From NCBI GenBank assembly GCA_963776345.1, contig CAVZMH010000017.1, positions 192,001 to 256,000 of the forward strand: DNA of 64,000 nt, given 5' to 3'. Both the position numbers and the translations under genes were made by a program. Numbering within the stretch: the stretch's first letter is position 1; every line of letters begins with the position of its first letter. Under the pieces are notes generated by a model that ran no database searches, had not been told where the DNA came from, and worked only from the letters and a program-made list of their open reading frames with translations. Source of the stretch: an uncultured delta proteobacterium. GTDB taxonomy: Bacteria > Myxococcota > Myxococcia > Myxococcales > Myxococcaceae. This document shows positions 39,671 through 48,457 of this stretch, in pieces.

Positions 39671-41155
39671 CTACGCCCGTTCCACCGCCCGCTTCCACTT
39701 GGCCAGGGCGTGGGCCCGCGCGGCGTCCTCCATCTTCGGCTTGAAGGTCTTGCCCGGGTGCCACGAGGCGCGGATCTCCTCCGGGTCGTTCCACACGCCC
39801 GCCCCGAGGCCGGCGAGGAAGGCCGCCCCGGCGGCCGTGGTCTGGAGGTTCCTCGGGCGCACCACCGGGATCCCCAGGATGTCCGCCTGGTACTGCATCA
39901 GGAGATCGTTGGCGCTCGCCCCGCCATCTACCTTGAGCACCGGGATGGGCCGCCCCGAGTCCTGGGTCATGGCCTGGGCCAGCTCGTAGGTCTGCAGCGC
40001 GATGCCCTCGAGCACTGCCCGCGCCACGTGGCCGAGGTGGGTCGAGCGATCCAGCCCCATCAGGAGCCCTCGCGCCTCGGGCCTCCAGTGCGGCGCGCCG
40101 AGGCCCGCCAGCGCCGGGACGAAGACCACCTCGCCCGAGTCCGCCACGCTCCGGGCCAGCTTCTCCACCTGCGCCGACTTCTTGATCGCCTGCAGCCCGT
40201 CGCGGAGCCACTGCACCGCCGCGCCGGCGACGAAGCTCGAGCCCTCGAGCGCGTAGGTCACCGAGTCCCCCAGCTGCCAGGCCACCGTCGTCAGGAGCCC
40301 GGACTTCGAGGTCACCGGCTCGGGCCCGGTGTTCATCAGCAGGAAGCTGCCCGTCCCGTAGGTGCACTTCGACTCGCCGGGGCGGAAGCAGGCCTGACCG
40401 AAGAGCGCCGCCTGCTGGTCGCCCGCCATCCCCGAGACCGGGATGCCGTCGGGCAGCGCGTCCATCCCCTTGGTGGTGCCGTAGACCTCGGCGCAGCTGC
40501 GGATCTCCGGGAGGATCTGCGGAGGGATGCCGAACAGCTCGATCATCGCCTCGCTCCACCCCCGGCCGCGCAGGTCGTAGAGCAGGGTGCGGCTGGCGTT
40601 GGAGGCGTCGGTGACGTGCGCTGCGCCGGCTGTGAGCCGGTGGACCAGCCAGGAGTCGATGGTCCCGAAGCAGAGCGCCCCCGCCTCGGCCAGCATGCGG
40701 AGCCCGTCCACGTTGTCCAGCAGCCAGCGCAGCTTGGTCGCGCTGAAGTACGGGTCGAGCACCAGGCCGGTGGTCTCGCGGACGCGTTCCTCCTCGCCCT
40801 TGGCCTTCAGCTCGGCGCAGGCCTCGGCGGTGCGCCGGTCCTGCCAGACGATGGCCCGGGCCAGGGGCTCGCCCGTCTCGCGGTGCCAGACCGCGGTGGT
40901 TTCCCGCTGGTTGGTGATGCCGATGGCGGTCACCATGTCGGGGCGGATCTCGGCGTCGGCCAGGCCCTTCTTGCAGCAGCGCTCGACCGTCTTCCAGATC
41001 TCCCGCAGGTCGTGCTCCACCCAGCCGGGCCGCGGGAAGTGCTGGGTGAACTCCCGGTACGCCTCGCCCACGACCTCCAGCCGGTCGTCGACGACGAGGA
41101 CGTGCGTGCCGGTCGTGCCCTGATCGATTGCCAGGAGGTAGCGCCGCTTGGCCAT
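39671..41155 (-). CDS. glpK: Glycerol kinase
   Basis: AIDQGTTG, ITNQRETT, VWQDRRT, DPYFSATK, GDQQAALFGQ, KCTYGTG, KVDGGA. Confidence 0.98.
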   Translation of the reverse strand: MAKRRYLLAIDQGTTGTHVLVVDDRLEVVGEAYREFTQHFPRPGWVEHDLREIWKTVERCCKKGLADAEIRPDMVTAIGITNQRETTAVWHRETGEPLARAIVWQDRRTAEACAELKAKGEEERVRETTGLVLDPYFSATKLRWLLDNVDGLRMLAEAGALCFGTIDSWLVHRLTAGAAHVTDASNASRTLLYDLRGRGWSEAMIELFGIPPQILPEIRSCAEVYGTTKGMDALPDGIPVSGMAGDQQAALFGQACFRPGESKCTYGTGSFLLMNTGPEPVTSKSGLLTTVAWQLGDSVTYALEGSSFVAGAAVQWLRDGLQAIKKSAQVEKLARSVADSGEVVFVPALAGLGAPHWRPEARGLLMGLDRSTHLGHVARAVLEGIALQTYELAQAMTQDSGRPIPVLKVDGGASANDLLMQYQADILGIPVVRPRNLQTTAAGAAFLAGLGAGVWNDPEEIRASWHPGKTFKPKMEDAARAHALAKWKRAVERA

Positions 41156-41202
41156 GGAGCCCGGCAGGGTAGCGGATCGCCGGAGGGCCGTGTGCGACGC
41201 CC

Positions 41203-41291
41203 GACGAGGTCACGTGACGAGGTCGTGACGAGGTGTCCGTGACGAGGTGTCTGACACCGGGTGACGACCGAGTCACGAGGTGTCTGGCACC
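41203..41291. repeat. GAGGTGTC-N-GACACC repeat cluster with tandemly reiterated left arm
   Basis: GACGAGGT at 41203, 41216, 41227 and 41241, core GAGGTGTCTGACACC at 41244-41258, and a second core near 41275-41291. Confidence 0.85.
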
Positions 41292-41317
41292 GCGTTATCT
41301 CGCGTCTCCGGACCCGT

Positions 41318-42169
41318 TCAGCGCACTGCGGCAGGGCCCAGCGTGCGGTCCACGAACGCCGTCACCTCGGCCGCCACCAGCTCCCGGTTGCGGTCCCGGG
41401 GCAGGATGTGCGCGCTGTCCTCGATGCGCACGTAGCGAACCGCGGGCGACTTCCCCAGCCGCCGCACCAGCGCCGCGGCCCCCGCCGGGTCCACCACGTG
41501 GTCCTCGGCCGCCACCACCACCAGCACCGGACAGGTCACCCGCGCCGCCGAGCCCCACGCCAGGTCCTGCATCTCCCAGAGGTCCCGGAGGCGGGCGGAG
41601 GGCCAGGCCCGGAGCACCGGAGCCTCGGCCCGCGCCGCTGGGTCGAGCAGGTCCGTCGTGTCCTTGCGCACCCACGGGCGGAGCAGCTCCAGCAGCGGGG
41701 CCGCCACGCGCAGCGCGCGGAGCGAGTTCAGCGTCCGGTCCCGGAAGCGCACCGCCGGCGCCAGCGCCGCCACCCCGGCCACCCGTGTCGGGTGCCGCGC
41801 CGCGAGCACCAGGGCGAGGAGCGCGCCCATCGACAGCCCGGCCACCGCCACCCGCCGGCCCGGGAGCCTGGCCAGGGCGTTGTCACAGGCGAGGAGCCAG
41901 TCCGGGGCGCGTGCCTCGAGCATCGCCGCCGGCGTCGTCCCATGCCCGGGCAGCCGGACCCCCTGGACGGCGATGCCGGCCCGCGACAGCGCCTCGCCCA
42001 GGGGCCGCATGTCCCAGGGGGAGCCGGTGAAGCCGTGGATGAGGAGGCACGCGCCGCGTTCGCCTGGCAGTTCGAAGGGGGCGGTCTTGCCCTCGTCGAG
42101 CACGGCGTCGGTCGGCTCCGCCCCGCCTCTGGCCACCCGCGCGGGAGGGGCGGTATGCAGGCGCTCCAT
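41318..42169 (-). CDS. Alpha/beta hydrolase (carboxylesterase/monoacylglycerol lipase-like)
   Basis: IHGFTGSP, LPGHGT, GLSMGA, DHVV, SAH. The start could also be GTG 42136 or 42103. Confidence 0.92.
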   Translation of the reverse strand: MERLHTAPPARVARGGAEPTDAVLDEGKTAPFELPGERGACLLIHGFTGSPWDMRPLGEALSRAGIAVQGVRLPGHGTTPAAMLEARAPDWLLACDNALARLPGRRVAVAGLSMGALLALVLAARHPTRVAGVAALAPAVRFRDRTLNSLRALRVAAPLLELLRPWVRKDTTDLLDPAARAEAPVLRAWPSARLRDLWEMQDLAWGSAARVTCPVLVVVAAEDHVVDPAGAAALVRRLGKSPAVRYVRIEDSAHILPRDRNRELVAAEVTAFVDRTLGPAAVR

Positions 42170-42455
42170 GGCTGACCCAAAGCTGCCCGAGACGGCGCTG
42201 CAGATCCACATCGACGACGCGATCGCCGACGGGGCCTACGTGAACATGGCCCTGGTGAACCACACCGACTCCGAGTTCACCCTCGACTTCATCTACGTCC
42301 AGCCCCAGCAGCCCAAGGCGCGGGTGAAGGCCCGGGTCATCACCAGCCCGCGGCACATGAAGCGGCTGGTCGCGGCCATGGTGGACAACCTCCAGAAGTA
42401 CGAGGCCAAGTACGGCGTCATCGACGCGGGCGACCCCGGCCTCCCGGTGCACTGA
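42168..42455 (+). CDS. DUF3467 domain protein
   Basis: GAYVNMALVNHTDSEFTLDF...ARVITSPRHMKRL...N..KYE.KYG.I signature. Confidence 0.9.
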   Translation: MADPKLPETALQIHIDDAIADGAYVNMALVNHTDSEFTLDFIYVQPQQPKARVKARVITSPRHMKRLVAAMVDNLQKYEAKYGVIDAGDPGLPVH

Positions 42456-43360
42456 TGAGGGAAGGCGCGCCGGAGACGGAAGGCGACCTCGGCCGCCGGA
42501 TGACCGAGTACATCGAGGAGCTGCAGCACACCATCTGCTCGGCGATGGAGGCGGAGGACGGCGTCGCGCGGTTCCGCGAGGACGTCTGGGCGCGGCCGGG
42601 CGGCGGCGGCGGGCGGACGCGGGTGCTCGAGGGAGGCAAGGTCTTCGAGAAGGGCGGGGTGAACGTCTCCGCCGTCTGGGGCGAGCTCGAGGAGCAGTTC
42701 GCCCGGCGGCTGCAGGGCGAGGGCCGCCGGTTCTTCGCCGCGGGCCTGAGCCTCATCCTCCACCCGCGCAACCCGCGCGTGCCCACGGTGCACGCCAACT
42801 GGCGCTTCATCCAGCAGGGCGGCAAGGCCTGGTTCGGCGGCGGGGCGGACCTCACCCCGAGCTACCTCTACGAGGAGGACGCGGTGCACTTCCACCGCGT
42901 GCTCCGCGAGGTCTGCGAGCGCCACGAGCCCGGGAGCTACGCCCGCCACAAGGTCGATTGCGATCGCTACTTCTGGATCGCCCACCGGGACGAGGCACGC
43001 GGGGTGGGCGGCATCTTCTTCGAGAACACCGGGAGGCCCCTGGAGAAGGAGTTCGCCTTCGTCCAGGACTGCGGACGGTCGTTCGTGCACGCGTACCTGC
43101 CCATCGTGCAGCGCCGGCGTGACCTGCCGTACTCGGCCGAGCACCGGCGCTGGCAGCTCCTCCGCCGCGGCCGCTACGTCGAGTTCAACCTGGTGTACGA
43201 CCGGGGCACGGTCTTCGGGCTCCAGACGCGCGGACGGGCCGAGAGCATCCTGGTCTCGATGCCGCCCGAGGTGGCGTGGGGGTACGACGTGCAACCCGAG
43301 CCGGGAAGTGACGAGGCGAAGCTGGTAGCCGTCCTCCGCGACCCGCGCGCCTGGGTCTGA
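42455..43360 (+). CDS. hemF: Oxygen-dependent coproporphyrinogen III oxidase
   Basis: FEKGGVNVS, HPRNPRVPTVHANWR, WFGGGADLTP, RGVGGIFF, RRGRYVEFNLVYDRGT. TGATG overlap. Confidence 0.97.
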   Translation: MREGAPETEGDLGRRMTEYIEELQHTICSAMEAEDGVARFREDVWARPGGGGGRTRVLEGGKVFEKGGVNVSAVWGELEEQFARRLQGEGRRFFAAGLSLILHPRNPRVPTVHANWRFIQQGGKAWFGGGADLTPSYLYEEDAVHFHRVLREVCERHEPGSYARHKVDCDRYFWIAHRDEARGVGGIFFENTGRPLEKEFAFVQDCGRSFVHAYLPIVQRRRDLPYSAEHRRWQLLRRGRYVEFNLVYDRGTVFGLQTRGRAESILVSMPPEVAWGYDVQPEPGSDEAKLVAVLRDPRAWV

Positions 43361-43386
43361 CGCTCTGTTACGCTGGTCCTCCCCCG

Positions 43387-44004
43387 GTGCCCATCGACGA
43401 CCACACGCTCGTCCAGCGCGCCCGCTCCGGCGACGAGCGCGCGTTCCGGCTCCTGGTCGAGCGCTACCAGAAGCGGGTCTACGCGGTCGCGCTCGGCATG
43501 GTGAAGGACCGCGAGGAGGCCATGGACGTGGTCCAGGAGGCCTTCGTCAAGGTCTACAAGTCGCTGGAGAGCTTCAAGGCCGATGCGACCTTCTACACCT
43601 GGCTCTACCGGATCACCGTCAACGTCTGCATCGACGTCATCCGCCGGCGCGGAATGATGCGGAGCGACTCGATCGAGTTCGACGAGCGCGTCGGGCACGA
43701 CCTCGCCGAGGCGAACCTGGGCGCCGTGTCGTCGCAGCTGGGGAGCAACCCGGAGAAGGCCGTCCTCCAGCGGGAGCTGGGGGAGAAGATCCAGGCCGCC
43801 CTGGAGCAGATCCCCGAGAAGCACCGCGCCATCCTGTTGCTCCGCGAGCTGGATGGCCTGAGCTACGAGGAGCTCGCGCAAGCCCTCGATATTCCTAAGG
43901 GAACCGTGATGTCTCGGCTCTTCCACGCCCGGGCGAAGGTGCAGAAATTGTTGTCGGAGTCGCTCGGCATCCCGATGCCGGCCGCGGACGAGAAAGACCG
44001 ATGA
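43387..44004 (+). CDS. ECF sigma-70 factor (RpoE-like)
   Basis: AF..LV..YQ..V, DVVQEAF, FYTWLYRI, LRELDGLSYEE, GTVMSRLFHAR. Confidence 0.95.
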   Translation: MPIDDHTLVQRARSGDERAFRLLVERYQKRVYAVALGMVKDREEAMDVVQEAFVKVYKSLESFKADATFYTWLYRITVNVCIDVIRRRGMMRSDSIEFDERVGHDLAEANLGAVSSQLGSNPEKAVLQRELGEKIQAALEQIPEKHRAILLLRELDGLSYEELAQALDIPKGTVMSRLFHARAKVQKLLSESLGIPMPAADEKDR

Positions 44005-44065
44005 CGAAGGGGAAGAATATGAGCCAGGGTGCCTGCGTCCCAGCCTGGAAGGGCCTCCGGTCGTC

Positions 44066-44633
44066 ATGTCGCTGAATCCCACCACTCTCGAGCTGCTCTC
44101 CGCCTACGTGGACGGTGAGCTCACCGCCTCCCAGCAGGAGACGGTGGAGCGCGCCCTCGCCGCGGACCCCCGCCTGCAGGCTGTCGAGCGGTCGATGCGC
44201 GGCCTCGGCGCGGCGGTGCGGTCGCTCTCCGAGGCCGAGGGCGCCCGGGCCGACTTCTCGGGCCTGGCGGATCGGGTGCTGAGCCGGGTGTCGCGCCGGC
44301 CGGGCCTCCTCGAGCGGTTCCGCGAGAGCTGGCGCCGTCCCTGGTTGCCCATCGGCGGGCTGGTGGCCGTCGCCGCGGCAGCGTTCTTCGCCTTTCGCCC
44401 CGTCGTGACGGTGCCCACCGCGCCCAGGCGTGGTGGTCCAGTCGGCGAGCGCGGACGCACCCGCGCAGCTGCAGACGGTCGTGCACAAGACCGAGTCGGG
44501 CGACGCCATCATCTGGCTGGTCGAGCATCCGGATGCATCCGGGGCTCACCGGCCCACCGCGCTCCAGCCCGACAAGCCGGGCATCCAGGCGCCCGTCCCC
44601 GCACAGCAGAGGCCCCGCGCGGGGGAGCTGTGA
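44066..44633 (+). CDS. Anti-sigma factor, membrane-anchored (+1 frameshift near 44424)
   Basis: LLSAYVDGEL N-terminus and a TM helix. Continues as VVVQSASAD...AIIWLV in the next frame, ending with a GTGA overlap. Confidence 0.8.
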
Positions 44634-45040
44634 CCGCGCTTGCCGGCGTGGTCTCGCTCGGAGTGGCCGCGGTGCTCGCCGCCGGGCCGGTCAAGGTCGA
44701 CGTCCAGGTGGTGCACGCCTCCAACGGTGACCCTCACGTGGACCCCGGACTGGAGAAGATGCGCCAGGGCTTCGAGAAGGCCGGGCTGCGCTTCACCACC
44801 TACCGGCGGGTCTCCCAGCAGACGGTGAGCCTCAGCCCGGGCAAGCCGTCCGAGGTCGCGCTGCCCGGGAAGACCGCGATCCTGACGCTCCAGCCCGGTG
44901 AGCATCCGCGCCCCCAGGTCGCGGTCGTCGTTCCCCCGCTCCACACCACGGTGGAGCTCGGGACGGACGCCTCGGCCTTCCTGCAGGCCGGTCCGCCCGA
45001 GAACGGGCAGCTGTTCCTGGTGCTCACGGCGAAGAAGTAG
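44630..45040 (+). CDS. Hypothetical exported protein
   Basis: GTG start coupled to the anti-sigma stop, signal-peptide-like N-terminus, DPGL..M. Confidence 0.75.
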   Translation: MTALAGVVSLGVAAVLAAGPVKVDVQVVHASNGDPHVDPGLEKMRQGFEKAGLRFTTYRRVSQQTVSLSPGKPSEVALPGKTAILTLQPGEHPRPQVAVVVPPLHTTVELGTDASAFLQAGPPENGQLFLVLTAKK

Positions 45041-45092
45041 TTCGCGGTCTCGTGGCGCGGCGGGGCGGGTCGAGCATTGTTGCTCCGACCTC

Positions 45093-45815
45093 ATGTGCAC
45101 GCTGGTCCTCGTCGTCCCTCCCCCGGGCGGAGTCCTGCAGGTCGCCGCCAACCGTGACGAGTTCCTGTCGCGGCCGGCGAGCGCCCCCGAGCCCTCGGCC
45201 GACGGGCGCTGGCTCGCCCCGCGTGACCTCCAGGCCGGCGGGACCTGGCTGGGCGTCAACGCCGCCGGGCTCTTCGTCGGGGTGACGAACCGGTCGGCGG
45301 GCCCGCGCGACACGTCCCGGCGTTCGCGGGGGCTCCTGGTGCTGGACGCGCTCGAGTCGCCGGACGCGGCGGGCCTGCACCGCCGGCTCGGGACGCTGGA
45401 CCCGGCGGCCTACAACGGGTTCCACCTCGCCTACGCCGACGGGAGCTCGGCCGGGCTGACCTGGAGCGACGGGAGCGTGCTGCGGCAGGAGCGGCTCGGT
45501 CCCGGGGTCCACGTCCTCACCGAGCAGAGCCTCGGAGCCGGCGACGACGGCGCGCGGCGGCGGCTGGTCGAGGAGCGGGTCGGGGCGGAAGGCGTGCTCG
45601 GCGTCGAGGGCTGGCTCGCGCTCCTCTCCCGGCACGAGCCGCGGGCCGGGACCTGCGTGCACGCCGACGCGGTGGGGTACGGGACCCGTTCGGCCTTCGT
45701 GCTGCACCGGGCGCCGTCCGTGGCCGGGAGCGTCTGCGCCTGGACCGAGTCGCGCCCCTGCACCACCGCCGCCCGCGAGGGGACCGCGCTCCTCCGCGCG
45801 GTTGGCCGCTGGTAG
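45093..45815 (+). CDS. NRDE / TANGO2 family protein
   Basis: MCTL, AANRDEF..RP, DLQAGGTWLGVN, SRG.LV, YGTRS. Confidence 0.93.
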   Translation: MCTLVLVVPPPGGVLQVAANRDEFLSRPASAPEPSADGRWLAPRDLQAGGTWLGVNAAGLFVGVTNRSAGPRDTSRRSRGLLVLDALESPDAAGLHRRLGTLDPAAYNGFHLAYADGSSAGLTWSDGSVLRQERLGPGVHVLTEQSLGAGDDGARRRLVEERVGAEGVLGVEGWLALLSRHEPRAGTCVHADAVGYGTRSAFVLHRAPSVAGSVCAWTESRPCTTAAREGTALLRAVGRW

Positions 45816-45840
45816 CCTCGCCCCGGGGCGCCGCCCGCTT

Positions 45841-46245
45841 TCAGGAGATCGAGGCGCTGCCCAGCGAGTCGGCCCGGGCGTCCGGCTGAGCGCGCGCCGC
45901 GCGCTTGTCGAGCTCGGAGCAGACCCGGTCGACGAAGTGGACGATGTCCCACGGCTTGCGGAGCACGCTGATGCCACCGAACGACGAGCGGGAGGTGGGT
46001 CCGCTCGTCACCAGGAGGCAGGCCACCTCCGGGAAGTGCGCGCCCACCGCGCCGAGCAGCAGGTCGCCACGGGCGTCCTCCAGCTGGACGTCCGAGACCA
46101 CCAGGTCGGGCCGCTCGGTCATCAGCCGGTCCATCGCCTCGTGGGCCGACCCCACCGAGTCCACCTCGTACCCACGCCGGACGAGCCCGTGACGCATCAG
46201 GGCAAGAACCGCCGGGTCGTCCTGGATGATGAGCACGCGAGGCAT
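45841..46245 (-). CDS. Single-domain response regulator
   Basis: RVLIIQDD, PDLVVSD (phospho-Asp), LVTS, LRKPW. Confidence 0.85.
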   Translation of the reverse strand: MPRVLIIQDDPAVLALMRHGLVRRGYEVDSVGSAHEAMDRLMTERPDLVVSDVQLEDARGDLLLGAVGAHFPEVACLLVTSGPTSRSSFGGISVLRKPWDIVHFVDRVCSELDKRAARAQPDARADSLGSASIS

Positions 46246-46419
46246 CGGGTCGGACACTCCTCTACGGAAAGCGCGGAGCACCTTGCCCTACCCGGCCTCT
46301 CTGCGTCAGTAACGGAATCAACGACCGACTTACCTGATTGAACTCCGTCCTAGAGCCTGAGCGCACGCATGTACGCTCGGTCAGTAGGCGATCGAACGAG
46401 CCGCTCACATGTTCCCGGC

Positions 46420-46463
46420 CGAGGTGCCCGGTCGAGGTGCCGAGGTGCCAAACACCTCGTTAC
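46420..46463. repeat. GAGGTG-core repeat with reiterated left arm
   Basis: CGAGGTGCC at 46420, 46433 and 46441, then ACACCTCGTTACC. Confidence 0.75.
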
Positions 46464-46610
46464 CCGAACGGAGCCCCAGGGGACCCTCCAAGCTCGAAGA
46501 TGGTTCGTTCGATGAGGCAACCATTCTCGCGAAATCGTTCGATGATCGAAGGAATTATTTCGAGGCCCCTCGTGAGCGGGCATTCCCATTGAGGGGTCCG
46601 CCGCTCACGT

Positions 46611-46697
46611 CAGCGAGAGGTGTCCAGCGAGAGGTGTCAGACACCTCGTAACCGGACACCTCGTAACCGGACACCTCGTAACCGACACCGCGTGACC
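46611..46697. repeat. GAGGTGTC-A-GACACCTC palindrome with tandemly amplified arms
   Basis: (CAGCGAGAGGTGTC)x2 - A - (GACACCTCGTAACCG)x3 - ACACCGCGTGACC. Confidence 0.9.
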
Positions 46698-46734
46698 GGC
46701 ACATCGCGAGGGGACCCCGTGAGGGTCCGGGCCC

Positions 46735-48144
46735 TCACGTCGACGCCGCTCGGACGCCGGGAGGGCCTCGGGGCTCGACGTGGACGGGGAGCCCGCCCCG
46801 GGGCCTCAGCGTCACGCCGGGCTCCGGTACCACGGGCCCTGTCTGGACGGGCACGAAGCGCCACCGGGCGGCGAGCGTGGCCAGCACGAGCATCGCCTCG
46901 TTCCAGGCGAAGCCCTCGCCGATGCAGGCCCGGGTCCCGGCCCCGAAGCCGATGAAGGCGTGACGATGCCGGGAGGCACGGGCCTCGGCGGTCCAGCGGC
47001 CAGGGTCCACGCGCTCGGGGTCGGGCCAGAAGCGCGCGTCGCGGTGCAGGACCCACGGGCAGAGCACGGCGATGGTGCCCGGCGGGAGCGCCGTCCCGTC
47101 GGTCAGCGGGAGCGGCTCGAGGACGCGCCGGCCGATGACCCAGGCGGGGGGGAAGAGCCGGAGCGACTCGCCGACGACCCCGCGGGTGACGGGGAGCGAC
47201 TCGAGGTCCTCGGCGATCGGCAGCCGACCGGCCAGCACGCGGTCCAGCTCGGCGTGCAGCGCCTGCTCCACCCCGGGGTGCGTGGCGAGCAGGTGGAACG
47301 CCCAGGTGAGGGCCAGGGCGGTGGTCTCGTGGCCGGCGAGAAGGAGGGTCATGACCTCGTCACGCACCGCCCGGTCGTCGAAGGCGCCTGCCTCGCGCGC
47401 CTCGAGCAGCGTCCCGAGCAGGTCGTCGTGTCCGGGTCCGCCGTGCCGGGCCACCAGGGAGGACACGGCCGCCTCGAGCTCGGTGCGGGCCGCCTTGAAC
47501 CGGCGGGTGCGGGGCAGCGGGAGAGCGAGGAGAAGTCCGCCGAGGGGAAGCGAGAGGCTCCGGAACGCGCCCAGCGCCTCGGTGAGCGCGTCGCCGATGC
47601 GGCTCGCCTCCGGGGTGAGGTCCGCGCCGAAGAGCGCCTCGGCGACGATGCCAAGGGTGAGCTGCATCATGGTGCGAGCCAGATCGACGGTCTCGCCCGC
47701 GCGGAGGGCGTCCGAGCAGGCACGCGCCTGGCGCACCATGCCGGGCACGTACCGGAGCAGCTCGTCGCGGTGGAACGCCGGCTGGATGCGGCGGCGGTGC
47801 TCCAGGTGCACCGCGCCCTCGCTGGTGAGGAGCCCGTCGCCGAGCAGCACCCGGGTGCTCCGGAGCGCGGGTCCCTTCTCGACCTTCGAGGCGTGAGTCA
47901 GGAGGACGTCGCGCACGTGGTCCGGGTGGCCGAGCAGGACCAGGCGCCGCCCCGGCACGCGGAACCACGCCTGATCGCCGCGCTCCTCGTGGATGCGGGT
48001 GAAGAACCCGAGCGCGTCCCTGCGCAGGTTCAGGAAGTCGCGCCCGGGGAGCCGGAGATGCCGTCCCCGCCGTGAGCGCGCCTCTGGAGCGACGTCGCGG
48101 TCCGCGGCGTCCGGGGTCCGGGGCGATGGTCGAGAGGCGCGCAT
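46735..48144 (-). CDS. Cytochrome P450
   Basis: GLLTSEG, LLAGHETT, ESLRLFPP, DPGRW, FGAGTRACIG heme motif. Start uncertain. Confidence 0.95.
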   Translation of the reverse strand: MRASRPSPRTPDAADRDVAPEARSRRGRHLRLPGRDFLNLRRDALGFFTRIHEERGDQAWFRVPGRRLVLLGHPDHVRDVLLTHASKVEKGPALRSTRVLLGDGLLTSEGAVHLEHRRRIQPAFHRDELLRYVPGMVRQARACSDALRAGETVDLARTMMQLTLGIVAEALFGADLTPEASRIGDALTEALGAFRSLSLPLGGLLLALPLPRTRRFKAARTELEAAVSSLVARHGGPGHDDLLGTLLEAREAGAFDDRAVRDEVMTLLLAGHETTALALTWAFHLLATHPGVEQALHAELDRVLAGRLPIAEDLESLPVTRGVVGESLRLFPPAWVIGRRVLEPLPLTDGTALPPGTIAVLCPWVLHRDARFWPDPERVDPGRWTAEARASRHRHAFIGFGAGTRACIGEGFAWNEAMLVLATLAARWRFVPVQTGPVVPEPGVTLRPRGGLPVHVEPRGPPGVRAAST

Positions 48145-48223
48145 GGCCGGTTGACCGGGATCAACGACGCGCCCGTGCCCCCGGTGGCAAGTGGCGGACA
48201 GGGCACGTCGACCCGGCCGCGGC

Positions 48224-48274
48224 GGGCAGGGTGCCAGGGCAGGGTGCCAGACACCTCGTGACCACCTCGTGACC
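48224..48274. repeat. GGTGCC-A-GACACC palindrome with both arms duplicated
   Basis: (GGGCAGGGTGCCA)x2 - GA - (CACCTCGTGAC)x2. Confidence 0.85.
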
Positions 48275-48457
48275 GAAGTGCTCGGCCAGGGCTTCTCCAG
48301 GCGGCGGCGCTGCCGTTCCTCGTGCGCTGAGGCCCGCTCCCGCGGCCCGAGGTCGCCGAGCCAGCGCCCCTCGACCGGACCGGCACCGCCGGCCGTCCGA
48401 CGGAGGGAGTCGAGCCCTCGGATCGGCGCGCGGACTTCCCGAAGCGCCGGGAGCCCG

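Noticed and set aside
46611..46697. Possible CRISPR mini-array
   Set aside because: The units are 14-15 nt tandem copies with no unique spacers, and there are no cas genes in the window.
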